Assembly: GCA_003331625.1 (NCBI GenBank)
Contig: QOPF01000003.1
Coordinates: 12,355-76,354 of the forward strand
Length of the DNA stretch: 64,000 nucleotides
DNA from: Gammaproteobacteria bacterium
Lineage (GTDB): Bacteria; Pseudomonadota; Gammaproteobacteria; Magnimaribacterales; AG-339-G14
Reading direction: 5' to 3'
The notes under the pieces were generated by a model. That model was not told where the DNA came from. It saw only the letters and a program-made list of their open reading frames with translations, and searched no databases. Each line of letters starts with the position of its first letter. Positions within the stretch are counted from its first letter, which is position 1. The position numbers and the translations under genes were made by a program. Below are positions 1-10,871 of the stretch, one piece after another.

Positions 1-2
1 AT

Positions 3-200
3 TACAAGAAAGTAACCGAGCTTAGGAAATCAGAAAAAATTTCACTCCCTTCCACTATAGATTTAGAAAAAAAGATTAATCCATTTCTCAGAACTTCTAT
101 TGACCAAATAGTCATTAATGCTCAAAATTATACTCATAAAAATGATCTTAACTCTTTGGAAGTTTTAACAGCCATAAGAGAGTGGAAAGATAATTACTAA
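3..200 (+). CDS. gloB: Hydroxyacylglutathione hydrolase (glyoxalase II), 3' partial
   Basis: Manual translation gives ...LPSTIDLEKKINPFLR...AIREWKDNY*, the GloB C-terminal motif; gloB-mltD order is conserved; runs off the window start. Confidence 0.85.
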   Translation, partial: YKKVTELRKSEKISLPSTIDLEKKINPFLRTSIDQIVINAQNYTHKNDLNSLEVLTAIREWKDNY

Positions 201-208
201 TTACAATA

Positions 209-1606
209 ATGCGCTTTAATTTATTACTATTATTTTCCATAAGTTTTTACTCTTTATCTGATCCATCGGCTGATCTTTGGAGTGAAATTAGGGAAAAAAT
301 GGTTTTTGATTACCCTTTAGATCATCCTTCCGTTGAATATCAGCTAGAAAAGTATACTGATAATCAATATGTTATAAATAGACTTGCTAAAAATGGACAA
401 AGATATCTTTTTTATACAGTAAATGAATCAATAAAAAGAAATCTTCCTGTTGAACTAGCTCTTTTACCATTTATTGAAAGCCAATTCGATCCATATGCTC
501 AGTCTGCTACGGGAGCATCAGGAATTTGGCAATTTATTTTAAGTACTGCGCGCGAACAAAAACTAAAAAAAAATTGGTGGTACGACGGCAGGAGAGATAT
601 CGTCGCATCAACTGGTGCTGCATATGATTATCTCATTAAACTTCACTCCAAATATGATAACTGGCTTCTTGCGATAGCTGCCTACAATGCAGGTCCAAAT
701 AGGATTTCAAAAGAGATAAGAAAAAATAAAGAGAAAGGATTAAAAACTGATTTTTGGTCTTTAAATCTTCCTAGAGAAACCAAAGCATACGTGCCTAAAC
801 TTTTATCGTTGGTGGAAGTAATAAAAAATCCTGAAAAATTTAGTGTTTCAATTCCTTACTTACCAAATCGACCATATTTTCAATTAGTCACATTGCCTTC
901 TCAAGTAGATTTGATGCAAGTTGCTAATATTTCTGGGTTAAAGCTCGAAGTGATATATGAACTCAACCCAGGTTTTAATCAATGGGCAACTGATCCAAAT
1001 GGTCCATTTCATATACTCCTGCCCGTAGGAATAGCAGATAGATTTCAGATTATTCTTGATAATACAGACCCTACAGAGCTCGTACAGTGGGATAAATATT
1101 TAGTTCAAAAAGGAGATACATTAACTTCAATTGCTAAAAAATATTTAATAGATTTTGCTTTGTTAAAAGAAATAAATGGGTTTAAAGACAATACCATATA
1201 TGAAAATGAAGAACTCATTGTTCCAAGAGGTCCAAGCTGGATTAAAGACTATTTAAATAAGCCAGATATTTACTATGTCAAAGCTGGAGATAGTTTTTGG
1301 TCAATTGCAAAAAAGTTTAACGTCACTATAAGAGATCTTTCAATTTGGAATGATCTTAATCCTCAAAAATTTCTTTTAACTGATACAAAAATTTTAATCT
1401 ATCCAAAATATTTTAAAGAAATTAAGAAAAAACCTATTCCAAAAAATGATATTGCCTATCCAGTAAAAAGAGGTGACAGCATCAGTAAGATTTCGAACAA
1501 ATTTGGCATTCCGAAAGAATGGATTCTTAAATGGAATCAAATCCCTGATGAAAGATTAATTTATCCAGGTCAAATCATAGAATTGAAACTTTCTGAAATA
1601 AATTAA
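209..1606 (+). CDS. mltD: Membrane-bound lytic murein transglycosylase D with LysM repeats
   Basis: SLT motifs (ESQF, GIWQF, AAYNAG) plus three C-terminal LysM repeats (Y.V..GD.L/F/I..I). Confidence 0.93.
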   Translation: MRFNLLLLFSISFYSLSDPSADLWSEIREKMVFDYPLDHPSVEYQLEKYTDNQYVINRLAKNGQRYLFYTVNESIKRNLPVELALLPFIESQFDPYAQSATGASGIWQFILSTAREQKLKKNWWYDGRRDIVASTGAAYDYLIKLHSKYDNWLLAIAAYNAGPNRISKEIRKNKEKGLKTDFWSLNLPRETKAYVPKLLSLVEVIKNPEKFSVSIPYLPNRPYFQLVTLPSQVDLMQVANISGLKLEVIYELNPGFNQWATDPNGPFHILLPVGIADRFQIILDNTDPTELVQWDKYLVQKGDTLTSIAKKYLIDFALLKEINGFKDNTIYENEELIVPRGPSWIKDYLNKPDIYYVKAGDSFWSIAKKFNVTIRDLSIWNDLNPQKFLLTDTKILIYPKYFKEIKKKPIPKNDIAYPVKRGDSISKISNKFGIPKEWILKWNQIPDERLIYPGQIIELKLSEIN

Positions 1607-2463
1607 TTTTCTAATTTTTGAGTATCTCTAGGATCTAAGATATCTCTCAAACCATCTCCTAAAAAATTTAAAGCAAATAAAGTTAAAGAAAATAATAAGG
1701 CTGGAAATATTAAAAGCCACCAGTACTCTTCCATAGTATTTGCTCCTTCTCTAATAAGAATCCCCCATGAACTTTCAGGAGGCTGTACTCCTAAACCTAA
1801 AAAACTTAAAAAAGCTTCCAGTAACATAAATTGTGGAACTAATAATGTGGAATAAACAATTACCGTTCCAAGGACATTAGGAATAATGTGTTTAAGTAAA
1901 ACTCTTGCTGAACTAGCTCCCATAATTTGAGCAGAGATGACAAATTCTTTTTTTCTTAGACCAAGTACCTGAATACGTACTATCCGAGCCATTGATAACC
2001 ATCCAAAAGCTCCGATAGAGATAAATAAAAAATAAATATCTCTACCAAAAATAACTAAAATTAAAATTATAAATATTACAAAAGGTAATCCATCTAAAAT
2101 ATCTACAAGCCTCATCATCATAGAATCAATTTTTCCTCCAAAATAGCCAGAAATAGCGCCGTATGCCAAACCCAAAGTAATTGCTACAAATGTTGCTAAA
2201 AAACCAACCATCAAAGAAATTCTACTTCCGTATAAAATTCTTGAAAAAAGATCTCTTCCTAAAACGTCTGTTCCTAAAATATAGTTAGCCGAGGGTGCTG
2301 ATGCTCCTAAAATTAAATTTTGTTCAGATACTGCGTAAGGAGATATTAGCGGAGCTAAAATTGAAATAAATATTAATAAAAAAGTAAAAATAAATGAAAA
2401 AAACAAAATCTTTTTTTGATATATTTCTTTTAATAACTCCCCCCGCATATTCATATTATTCAA
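1603..2463 (-). CDS. oppC: Oligopeptide ABC transporter permease, OppC-like
   Basis: LGTD.LGRD, EAA-loop region, LSFLGLG..PP..SWG and LGDGLRD motifs. Confidence 0.9.
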   Translation of the reverse strand: MNNMNMRGELLKEIYQKKILFFSFIFTFLLIFISILAPLISPYAVSEQNLILGASAPSANYILGTDVLGRDLFSRILYGSRISLMVGFLATFVAITLGLAYGAISGYFGGKIDSMMMRLVDILDGLPFVIFIILILVIFGRDIYFLFISIGAFGWLSMARIVRIQVLGLRKKEFVISAQIMGASSARVLLKHIIPNVLGTVIVYSTLLVPQFMLLEAFLSFLGLGVQPPESSWGILIREGANTMEEYWWLLIFPALLFSLTLFALNFLGDGLRDILDPRDTQKLEN

Positions 2464-3388
2464 GCCCTCCAGAATCTCTTAAAGTGGGATTCAAAAAGGA
2501 AGCTAAAATATCTGATAAAAGAACAAAAGTTAATGTCATAAAAGTAAATAATATAGATGTACCTAAAATCATTGTGTAATCTCTATTGAAAGCAGCTTGA
2601 ATATAAAAGCGACCTACGCCATTTATTTGAAAAATTGTTTCCACTACGAAAGAGCCTGCTAGTAATCCAGCAATAGCAGGACCCAGAAAACTTATTACAG
2701 GTAGAATTCCAGCTCTTAAAGCATGAACTAAGACAATCCGTATTTCAGTTAAACCTTTTGCTCTAGCTGTTCTTATAAAATCTTGACCTAAAACTTCTAA
2801 CATTCCGCCTCTAGTTAAGCGTGCAAAAATTGCAGCATAAGCCGTACCTAGAGTAATTGTAGGAAGTATTTTATCTCCTGGATTATCTCCCCATCCATAA
2901 ACGGGCAATATTTCATACCAAATACCAAAAATCAAAACTAAAACTGGCCCTAGTATTATGGATGGAATGCATATACCCAATAGTGATATTGACATGGGTA
3001 TGACATCTAGTAACTTTCCTGGATATAAAGAGGCTAATAAACCGGAACTTACTCCAAGAAAAATTGCAAAAAGGATAGAATAAAATGCCAACTCTATTGT
3101 TGTTGGAAGACCTGACATAATTAATTCAGCTACGGATCTTCCTGGATACTTAAATGATGGACCAAAATCTCCCTGAGCTGCGCTTACTAAATATTTCGTA
3201 ATTTGAACATATAAGGGTTTATCGAGATCGTAAGCTTCATTTAATTTGTCTAAAATTTCTGGAGAAGCAACCCTTTCCGCATCAAAAGGGCCTCCAGGTG
3301 CTGCGTGAATCATTAAAAATGTAATGATTACAACTATTAACAAAACTGGAATATAAGTAAGTAACCTTTTAAAGATCAGTTGAATCAA
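2456..3388 (-). CDS. oppB: Oligopeptide ABC transporter permease, OppB-like
   Basis: APGGPF, GDFGPSFKY, RTARAKGL and NRDY motifs. Confidence 0.92.
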   Translation of the reverse strand: MIQLIFKRLLTYIPVLLIVVIITFLMIHAAPGGPFDAERVASPEILDKLNEAYDLDKPLYVQITKYLVSAAQGDFGPSFKYPGRSVAELIMSGLPTTIELAFYSILFAIFLGVSSGLLASLYPGKLLDVIPMSISLLGICIPSIILGPVLVLIFGIWYEILPVYGWGDNPGDKILPTITLGTAYAAIFARLTRGGMLEVLGQDFIRTARAKGLTEIRIVLVHALRAGILPVISFLGPAIAGLLAGSFVVETIFQINGVGRFYIQAAFNRDYTMILGTSILFTFMTLTFVLLSDILASFLNPTLRDSGGLE

Positions 3389-3392
3389 AATA

Positions 3393-4988
3393 CTATTCCA
3401 AGCTTAAGAATTGATAAGGATTGGTATCCAAAATATTTTTTTGCCAATTTTTTACTTTTTGGCTAAGGAGATAAGTTCTTGTGTAGGTATAAATAGGAAT
3501 AATTGGAAGTTCTTCAATGAGAATCTTTTCAGCTTGCTCATAGAGCTTATACCTACTGTCATTATTTATTTTAGCAGAGGCTAGTTTTAAAAATTTATCG
3601 TACTCTTTACTACTCCAGCCAGTTTTGTTATTACCTCTGTCAGTAACCATCATATCTAAAAAAGTAAAGGGATCTGGATAATCTCCTATCCACCCTGCTC
3701 TTGAAATGTCATATTCTCCTTGGGTTTCTCTAGATAAGTAAACTTTCCAATCTACGTTTGTCAAAACAATATTCAAACCAAGATATTTTTTCCACATTTC
3801 TTGGATAGCTTGAGCAATTTTTTGATGTCCTTCAGAAGTATTATAAAGAAGTTCTATTGGAGGACTTTCAGTGTCGTACCCTGAATTGTCTAAAAGTAAT
3901 TTAGCTTTTTTAGGATTAAATTCTAGTTGAGTTTTAGGATCATAGCCTTGCGGATTAGGAGGGGTAAATGAGTATGAAGCTATTTGATTCCCCTTTAAAA
4001 TGCTTTTTATTAAAAGTTCTCTATCGATTGACAAAGAAAGAGCTTTTCTAAAACTTATGTTATTTAAAGGGTATTTAGTAGTGTTAATTCTGTAATAATA
4101 AGTTCCAAAATAATTATGCTCAAATAGAACATCAGGTCTGTTCTCTCTATAGCCTTTTATCTTTTCTGTCGGAACTGTATTTGCTAAATGAATTCCTCCT
4201 GATCTAAAAAGACGATCTTGTGTTAACTCATTATCAATCGGAATAAACTCTATTCCATTAATCTTATTTTTGGAATTTCCCCAATAAAGTTCATTTCTTT
4301 TTACTTTTAATGATTTATTAATTTCCCACGACTCAAGAACAAAAGGTCCGTTGCCGACAAAGTTTTCTTTTTTCGTCCACTGATTACTTCTGCTAAGCAT
4401 TCCCCCATGTTTTTCAACAGTATCGGGATGAACTGGCCAAGTAGCATAATGAGTTAAAATATTAAGAAAATATGGCGTAGGATTCTCTAATACTACTTTT
4501 AGTTTATTTCCTGTTGAGCTAACACCGACTTCACTAAAATTATTTATTTTTCCTTTATGGTAGTTTTCTGCATTTTTTATAACATAAAGCATGTCTGCAT
4601 ATTGAGCTCCTAATTCAGAGGACAATATTCTCTTCCAAGAATATTCAAAATCACTTGGCAAAACATTATCGCCATTAGTCCATCTAGCGTTTTTATTAAA
4701 GGTAAATGTATATTCAAGACCATCTTCACTTATTTCCCAATTGGAAGCTACTCCAGGAAGAACGCCATTATCTTGTGGATTAAATATGACCAATCCTTCC
4801 AAGAGAGCCAGTAAAATTTTATGTTCTGGAACACCAGTAACAATATGAGGATCAATTCCAGATGGTTCAGTTCCATTTCCAAGTAATAATATTCCTTTTT
4901 TTGAATATTCATCTACTTTAGATATTTTATTATCATCTACTGAGCAGTTGTAGAGAAAAAAAACTATTAATATTATTATTCTCATCAA
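3393..4988 (-). CDS. oppA: Peptide ABC transporter substrate-binding lipoprotein, OppA-like (family 5)
   Basis: Lipoprotein-like N-terminus with Cys, NGTEPSGIDP, PGVASNW, VGNGPF and RAGWIGDYPDP motifs. Confidence 0.88.
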   Translation of the reverse strand: MMRIIILIVFFLYNCSVDDNKISKVDEYSKKGILLLGNGTEPSGIDPHIVTGVPEHKILLALLEGLVIFNPQDNGVLPGVASNWEISEDGLEYTFTFNKNARWTNGDNVLPSDFEYSWKRILSSELGAQYADMLYVIKNAENYHKGKINNFSEVGVSSTGNKLKVVLENPTPYFLNILTHYATWPVHPDTVEKHGGMLSRSNQWTKKENFVGNGPFVLESWEINKSLKVKRNELYWGNSKNKINGIEFIPIDNELTQDRLFRSGGIHLANTVPTEKIKGYRENRPDVLFEHNYFGTYYYRINTTKYPLNNISFRKALSLSIDRELLIKSILKGNQIASYSFTPPNPQGYDPKTQLEFNPKKAKLLLDNSGYDTESPPIELLYNTSEGHQKIAQAIQEMWKKYLGLNIVLTNVDWKVYLSRETQGEYDISRAGWIGDYPDPFTFLDMMVTDRGNNKTGWSSKEYDKFLKLASAKINNDSRYKLYEQAEKILIEELPIIPIYTYTRTYLLSQKVKNWQKNILDTNPYQFLSLE

Positions 4989-7771
4989 TTTATTCTCTTT
5001 GAAATATTAAGATAAATATATCTTCCTAGAGGGTCATAATATGAAGGATAAGTATTTGCATTTCCGGGAACATAATTAATAGATTTTCCATTAAGAGGAG
5101 GATTTTTATCTAAAATATTATTCATACCAAAAGAAAAATTTATATCTCTAACTAGATCAATTGAAAAATTCATATCTAAATAATTATAACTGCCAAAATT
5201 TACGGGATTTATTGAATTGGTATCTTTTACGCTATCTATATACCGCACAGATAAACTTGAAGATGCATCAAAAGAAGAAATTCTATATAAGAAATTTAAA
5301 GAGAAGATATTTTGTATTTCAGGAGATGGTAGACCACAGTTATTTTCATAATTTCCTTTACAATTTTCTACAGGTAAAGATGATCTTAGCTGCACATCAT
5401 TTTTAACCAAGAAAGAGAAAAAATTGTTAATTCTCAATTCGCCAAAATCAAGTAGAAAACTTTTTACGATATTAAAATCTATTCCTGAAATTTTTTGACT
5501 AGCTACATTTAAAAGGGGTGACGCTATTTTTCCAGTGCCTTCATAAAAAGTTCCCGTTGTAGGATTTCTTTCTATTAAATTACAAAAGTAAGATTCTCCG
5601 GTTTCTAGACACCTATTTAGGATAAAAGACGCATCTGCTGATCCAATCTTGTCTTTTAGGGAAATAGAATAAAAATCTATTTCTAAATCAATGTCATCAG
5701 AATAAAAAAAGCTCAGACTATTTGTAATTGCAGTCTCAGGACGTAAATTTAAATTTCCGCCTATTAATGAATTTATTTGATCTTCAGTGTTTGAAATATT
5801 TCCATATAAAGCATCGCTAACTCCGGTTCTGCTGCATTCAATTTTAGAGTTGATAGGGTTACTACCGGAGCAAGGATCTACATCTAGAAAAGTTTGATTA
5901 ACTTTTGAAGGGCTATATAGATCACTTATGTCAGGCATTCTTATAGCTTTTTGTTGAGAAAATTTTAATGTAAATTTATTTTTTAAAGTTTGAACTATGC
6001 CAAAATCATAGCTCAGAGCATTTTTTCCTAGAGAATAGTCAGAATATCTAAGACTAAAATTTAAACTTGTGTTGGTTTCAAAGGGTAAATATAGCTCAGT
6101 AAATAACTCCTTTACTTGCAAATCTCCATATAAACTTGTTTGGGGATATTGTTGTCCTGCACCGTCAGAAAAATCTTCAGCACTTTTCTTCAGCGCTAAC
6201 TGCCTATATTCAATTCCGAAAGCTGTATCTAGAGTTGGTAAAACTTTATTATTAATGTCGAAAGATTTTGATGAAACAAATCTTAGTTGATTTTCAGATA
6301 ATTCGGCATCTACATTTAAATTAATAGAGATATAATTTAAAGCTTCTTTTGTGACGCCTAATGATGAGAGGTTTTTTAACTTACCATCGCTGGTAGAGAA
6401 AATATTCCAAGGCTTACACTCACCTCCTGAAATACAAGAGGGATTCAAAGAAGTTCCAGATATCTTCAACGCATTAATTGCTCTTGATTTAGAAATATCA
6501 TTCAAATAAGTAAAATCCGCAGTTGTCCTAGAATTTTGCAAGCTTATGTTATAAAACCAATCATTAGATATTTCTCCTTCAGCATCAAATACAAATCTAT
6601 CAGTAGTATGTTTAAAGCTTTGCTGTCTTGGACTTCCTTCAATATTTCGTCTACTAATATAAAGTGGAACAATATCGGATGAAGACAAACCATTAGATGC
6701 ACATATTGTTTGAAATTGCTGATCAGACAAAAAAGGGTTACTGCAAGGAAGATCGACAGATAATCTAAAAACTCCAGAGTAATCTAATTGGCCAGTTGTC
6801 TTATTAGAGGATTTAAAATAATCAATGTTAAAAGTATGGTTTTCTAGGTTTTCAAAAGTAAAAAGTATCCCAATATCATTTTTCTTATCTGGACGAAGTA
6901 AATGGTTTTTTGAAGCAAAATTGTATCTTGTTGTGCCTTCAATAAATTCATTATTCTGTACATAAAAATTCTTACCGCCTATCTTATTTTCACTAAACTT
7001 CCCTTCCGGAGAAGTACTTGAACCCCGACAAGTATTATTACCACTTAAGGCGCAAACACTTATGTCTCTCTGAGACCAATTTACTTCATCGACAGATCTA
7101 TAATTAAAGTAAGAAGTTAGATAAATATCTGGAGAGATTTCAAACCCTAAAGTAAGTTGTAATGAATTTTTATGTCCGTCAGAAACTGAATTTGGAGATA
7201 AATTAAAATTATTTGACGTATGAATAGATCTTAAATTTGCATCATTATTTTTATGATTATAAAAAGAATGATAATAACTAAGATTGATGCCTGAAAATTT
7301 TCTATCTAATTGAAAATTTATAACTCCTCCGATTGCATCTGAGCCATAAATCGTAGATTTTCCTCCTGTAAGTACATCTACTTTTTTAATTAAAGATAGA
7401 GGAATTTGACTTAAATCTTGTTCAGAAGTTCCGCTCATAGGCGTTCCAGGAGAAAGTCTTTTCCCATTCATCAAGATTAAAGTTCTACTACCTCCCAAGC
7501 CTCTTAAACTTACTGATGCTGTTCCTGAAGCTTTATTTGAGTGAAATGAAGAATTGCTGGGATTAATTTGTGGTAAGTGACTTAAAAAGTTTTCTAGATG
7601 AAGCGTGCCTCTTTTTTTTAAATCATTCTGGTCAAAAGAATATATGGGGTTTGCTATTTTTACTGAAGAACTTTTTAACAAACTACCAGTGACATATACA
7701 TCTTCTAAAACAATATCATCAAGATATCCATACGAGGAAAATAGAAAAATGATTAATACTGAAAATCTCAT
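4985..7771 (-). CDS. TonB-dependent outer-membrane receptor
   Basis: Signal peptide, TonB-box-like EDVYVTGS, plug motifs SLRGLG..RTLIL.NG.R and YGSDAIGGVINF, C-terminal N..D..PP...YDPLGRY. Confidence 0.92.
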   Translation of the reverse strand: MRFSVLIIFLFSSYGYLDDIVLEDVYVTGSLLKSSSVKIANPIYSFDQNDLKKRGTLHLENFLSHLPQINPSNSSFHSNKASGTASVSLRGLGGSRTLILMNGKRLSPGTPMSGTSEQDLSQIPLSLIKKVDVLTGGKSTIYGSDAIGGVINFQLDRKFSGINLSYYHSFYNHKNNDANLRSIHTSNNFNLSPNSVSDGHKNSLQLTLGFEISPDIYLTSYFNYRSVDEVNWSQRDISVCALSGNNTCRGSSTSPEGKFSENKIGGKNFYVQNNEFIEGTTRYNFASKNHLLRPDKKNDIGILFTFENLENHTFNIDYFKSSNKTTGQLDYSGVFRLSVDLPCSNPFLSDQQFQTICASNGLSSSDIVPLYISRRNIEGSPRQQSFKHTTDRFVFDAEGEISNDWFYNISLQNSRTTADFTYLNDISKSRAINALKISGTSLNPSCISGGECKPWNIFSTSDGKLKNLSSLGVTKEALNYISINLNVDAELSENQLRFVSSKSFDINNKVLPTLDTAFGIEYRQLALKKSAEDFSDGAGQQYPQTSLYGDLQVKELFTELYLPFETNTSLNFSLRYSDYSLGKNALSYDFGIVQTLKNKFTLKFSQQKAIRMPDISDLYSPSKVNQTFLDVDPCSGSNPINSKIECSRTGVSDALYGNISNTEDQINSLIGGNLNLRPETAITNSLSFFYSDDIDLEIDFYSISLKDKIGSADASFILNRCLETGESYFCNLIERNPTTGTFYEGTGKIASPLLNVASQKISGIDFNIVKSFLLDFGELRINNFFSFLVKNDVQLRSSLPVENCKGNYENNCGLPSPEIQNIFSLNFLYRISSFDASSSLSVRYIDSVKDTNSINPVNFGSYNYLDMNFSIDLVRDINFSFGMNNILDKNPPLNGKSINYVPGNANTYPSYYDPLGRYIYLNISKRIN

Positions 7772-7845
7772 GGAAGAACATGATTATATTTGATTTAAAT
7801 AACGATAAAAAATATTTTTTTCATTTGAAATGATAAAATTAAATA

Positions 7846-8640
7846 ATGTCTTTTCTTAAAGGAAAAAAATTTCTCATAGTTGGAGTAGCAAATAAGTTTT
7901 CCATTGCTTCAGGTATTGCCAAAGCTATGTCAGATCAAGGGGCAGAACTTTATTTGTCTTACCAAAATGAACGGCTACTAAAAAAAGTAATGCAGGTGGG
8001 CGATCCATTGGGATGTAAAAATTATTTTGAATGCGATGTAAGTAACGATAATTCCATAGACCTTCTTATCAGTGATATTGAAAATAAATGGGGATGTTTA
8101 GATGGGATTGTTCATGCTGTGGGTTTTGCTCCAGCAAATGAATTAGATGGTAATTTTGTTGATGTAGCAACAAGAGAAGGCTTTAAAATAGCGCATGATA
8201 TAAGCGTTTATAGTTTTACAGCTTTAGCACAAAGAGCAAAAAAACTAATGCTAAATAGAAATGCTGCTCTTCTTACATTGTCTTATCTTGGATCACAGAG
8301 AACACTTCCTAACTATAACGTCATGGGAATAGCAAAAGCTGCTTTGGAGTCATCTACAAGGTACTTAGCGAATAGCATGGGTGTTGATCAAATTAGGGTA
8401 AATGCAATTTCTGCTGGCCCTGTAAAAACTCTAGCGGCCTCCGGAGTAAAGAGTTTTAAAAAAATGCTTTCATATAATGCATCTAGAGCACCGCTTAAAA
8501 GAAATATTACTACAGAAGAAGTTGGAAATGCTGCAGCTTTTTTATGTTCAGATCTTGCAAGTGGTATAACAGGAGAAATTTTATACGTTGATGCAGGATT
8601 TAATATAACTGCAATGGGTGACTTATCTGAGGTTAATTAA
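7846..8640 (+). CDS. fabI: Enoyl-ACP reductase (NADH)
   Basis: GVAN..SIA, PNYNVMG.AKAALE and RVNAISAGP motifs. Confidence 0.96.
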   Translation: MSFLKGKKFLIVGVANKFSIASGIAKAMSDQGAELYLSYQNERLLKKVMQVGDPLGCKNYFECDVSNDNSIDLLISDIENKWGCLDGIVHAVGFAPANELDGNFVDVATREGFKIAHDISVYSFTALAQRAKKLMLNRNAALLTLSYLGSQRTLPNYNVMGIAKAALESSTRYLANSMGVDQIRVNAISAGPVKTLAASGVKSFKKMLSYNASRAPLKRNITTEEVGNAAAFLCSDLASGITGEILYVDAGFNITAMGDLSEVN

Positions 8641-10429
8641 TATAAGCCTTTTCTTCTAATTCTTTAAAAATTGTATCTAGATAGACTCTGCTATTTAAAG
8701 TTTTCAAAGATTCTTTAGCTGAATTAATTTCATCTCTCTTTGCAAGATTAGTAGAGTTTTTTACCTTAGTTAGTTTAACTACATATATGTCACCATTATC
8801 CTGAGTGGAAACAAAAATTGGCTTAACTAAATCAATTGAAAATAAGTCTGTTAATAGATTATTAGGAAGTAAACTACTATCTCTTTTAATTAACGAATAA
8901 GAATTAAACTCTGAAAGATCATTGTTTTGAGCTTTAATTTCATATGTAGCGGATTTCTCAAGAATAGATTTTCTAGCCTTCTCTAGCTGTAAGATTTCTT
9001 TAATTTCTTGGGTAGCCTCTGCTTGAGATAATAAAGACTCTTCTTGTATCTCTTTTAATTCAAATAGCAAGAAAGAACCGTTTTCATTCTCATAAGGACC
9101 AAAAAACTGATCACCCGTATCAGTTTGACTAAATATTTCATTAGAGACATTAAAAGATTTAAGGTTATTCGGAAGATTATTTTCACTAATTAGTTCAGTT
9201 GATTTAATTGAAAAAGAAAAGTCTGAGAATAATTTATCCAAGCTTTCGCCAAAATAATTATCTTCAATTTCAATTAAAGATTGATTTAATCTTTCTGAAG
9301 ATTTAGTTAATATAATTTGATTTTTAATATCTTCTTTTGAAAAAATTTGTTCATTCTTTTCAGTTATTTTAAGTATATGAAGTGAATTACTCATCTCAAT
9401 AACTTCTGATACTTCATTAACTTGTAAATTAATAATTTCCGATTCAAATTCTTCAGGAAGAATTGAGCCATCTGTATAGCCTAGATCTCCACCATTCGTA
9501 CTACTTCCAAAATCATCAGAGAATTCTTCGGCTAGTTTTTCAAATGCAACATCTTTAGTTTTCTCTAGAATTGATGATGCAATTAAAAATTTCTCATTTT
9601 TTTCTTCCTCATTACTAAAACTTAATTGAATGTGACTAACTCTGGTTTGAGAATTTTCAGTCCCATTTTCTAAAAAGGTCATTTCCTCTAGAACCTCTTC
9701 TTCGCTTACTTGAATATCCTTTTTAAATAATTCATCCGTCAAAACTATATAGTTTAAGGAAACTTTCTTCGGGTCAATAAATCTAAATTGATTTTGCTGG
9801 TAGAAGTTTAAAATATCTGTTTCGGGAATAGCTTCTTCTTTAGAAATCTTTTCTAAATCTAGTTTTATAAAACTTAAAGACCTTTGCTGATTTGTTGCCC
9901 TTATAAATTTCAATGCGTCTGTTTCAAGAGAAAATTCTGATCGGGAAATAAAATCGCTTAAGTTATTAGCAAGATACTTTGATTTAACTAAATTTCTATA
10001 ATCATTTATTGTGAACCCCAATCTAGCCATATACCCTGAAAATAAAGCTGTATCAAATTCTCCATTTATAACAAATGATGAATCACTGGCTATTAACTTA
10101 TTTAAAAATTCTTCTGATAAGTCCATATTTAATTCTGTGGCTCTTTGAAAAAGTAATTCTTTAGAAATGATTGAATTTCTAGTGATTTCATTAATTATTT
10201 CCTCCGATACATCGCTATCAGAAAACATAGAAGAGAGCCTACTGAATTCTAGGTTAAATTCACCAAAAGAAATATCCTTTGAGTTTACCTTCATCGCTGA
10301 TGAAGAAGGAGCTGAAGGATCAGTTAAAAAGCCGCCAAAAGTAGCAACTAGTCCAAATATTAGAATAGCTACAATTATGGATGATCCTGTAGAAGAAAGT
10401 CCTGTTCTTATATTTTGAAGAGCTGACAT
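8633..10429 (-). CDS. ppiD: Periplasmic chaperone / peptidyl-prolyl isomerase D
   Basis: N-terminal TM anchor, SurA-like domain, parvulin motif SHIQ...[19 protein letters not shown]; conserved position after hupB. Confidence 0.88.
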   Translation of the reverse strand: MSALQNIRTGLSSTGSSIIVAILIFGLVATFGGFLTDPSAPSSSAMKVNSKDISFGEFNLEFSRLSSMFSDSDVSEEIINEITRNSIISKELLFQRATELNMDLSEEFLNKLIASDSSFVINGEFDTALFSGYMARLGFTINDYRNLVKSKYLANNLSDFISRSEFSLETDALKFIRATNQQRSLSFIKLDLEKISKEEAIPETDILNFYQQNQFRFIDPKKVSLNYIVLTDELFKKDIQVSEEEVLEEMTFLENGTENSQTRVSHIQLSFSNEEEKNEKFLIASSILEKTKDVAFEKLAEEFSDDFGSSTNGGDLGYTDGSILPEEFESEIINLQVNEVSEVIEMSNSLHILKITEKNEQIFSKEDIKNQIILTKSSERLNQSLIEIEDNYFGESLDKLFSDFSFSIKSTELISENNLPNNLKSFNVSNEIFSQTDTGDQFFGPYENENGSFLLFELKEIQEESLLSQAEATQEIKEILQLEKARKSILEKSATYEIKAQNNDLSEFNSYSLIKRDSSLLPNNLLTDLFSIDLVKPIFVSTQDNGDIYVVKLTKVKNSTNLAKRDEINSAKESLKTLNSRVYLDTIFKELEEKAYIN

Positions 10430-10445
10430 ATTGTAATTATAAAAT

Positions 10446-10478
10446 AAAAACGCGCCCTATAAGTATAGAGCGCGTTTT
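10446..10478 (-). terminator. Intrinsic terminator after hupB
   Basis: Inverted repeat AAAACGCGC-c-CTATA / TATAG-a-GCGCGTTTT with a U-tract on the minus strand. Confidence 0.8.
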
Positions 10479-10488
10479 AAAAAAAAGT

Positions 10489-10758
10489 TTATAAGCTGTC
10501 TTTAAGACTTTTACCAGCTTTAAAGCCTACGCCTTTGGAAGCTGCTATCTGAATAGTTTCTCCAGTTGCAGGATTTCTTCCCATTCTTGCTGCTCTTTCT
10601 CTTACATTAAAAGTTCCAAATCCAACAAGTGCAACAGAATCTCCTGTGCTCAAAGCTCCTGAAATTGAATCAAGCACAGCATCTAATGTTCTGCTGGCTT
10701 CTGCTTTTGAAGTGTCAGTTGCATTAGCAACTGATTCTATTAGTTCGGCTTTATTCAC
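10489..10758 (-). CDS. hupB: DNA-binding protein HU
   Basis: MNKAELI...LVGFGTF...[12 protein letters not shown]; GTG start with GGAGAG RBS; lon-hupB-ppiD synteny. Confidence 0.96.
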   Translation of the reverse strand: MNKAELIESVANATDTSKAEASRTLDAVLDSISGALSTGDSVALVGFGTFNVRERAARMGRNPATGETIQIAASKGVGFKAGKSLKDSL

Positions 10759-10871
10759 TATTCTCTCTCCTAAATAAAGTAGTTAAAATCTTTAGACATA
10801 ATGTCAATAAGCTGATTTAGACATGTAGATATATATCTGTCAAGCAGGTTTTTGAGGCTGAAACACCTTTT

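Noticed and set aside
560-580. Other long A/T homopolymers (mltD, tig start, gpsA) as phase-variation or frameshift sites
   Set aside because: Reading frames are intact and such runs are expected in an AT-rich, Lys-rich genome; only the dnaX run has positional precedent
10790-10845. AT palindrome AGATATATATCT and two TTGACA hexamers upstream of hupB, as an SOS box or defined promoter
   Set aside because: It lacks CTG-N10-CAG, and no good -10 lies at 16-18 bp spacing; probably promoter DNA but not assignable
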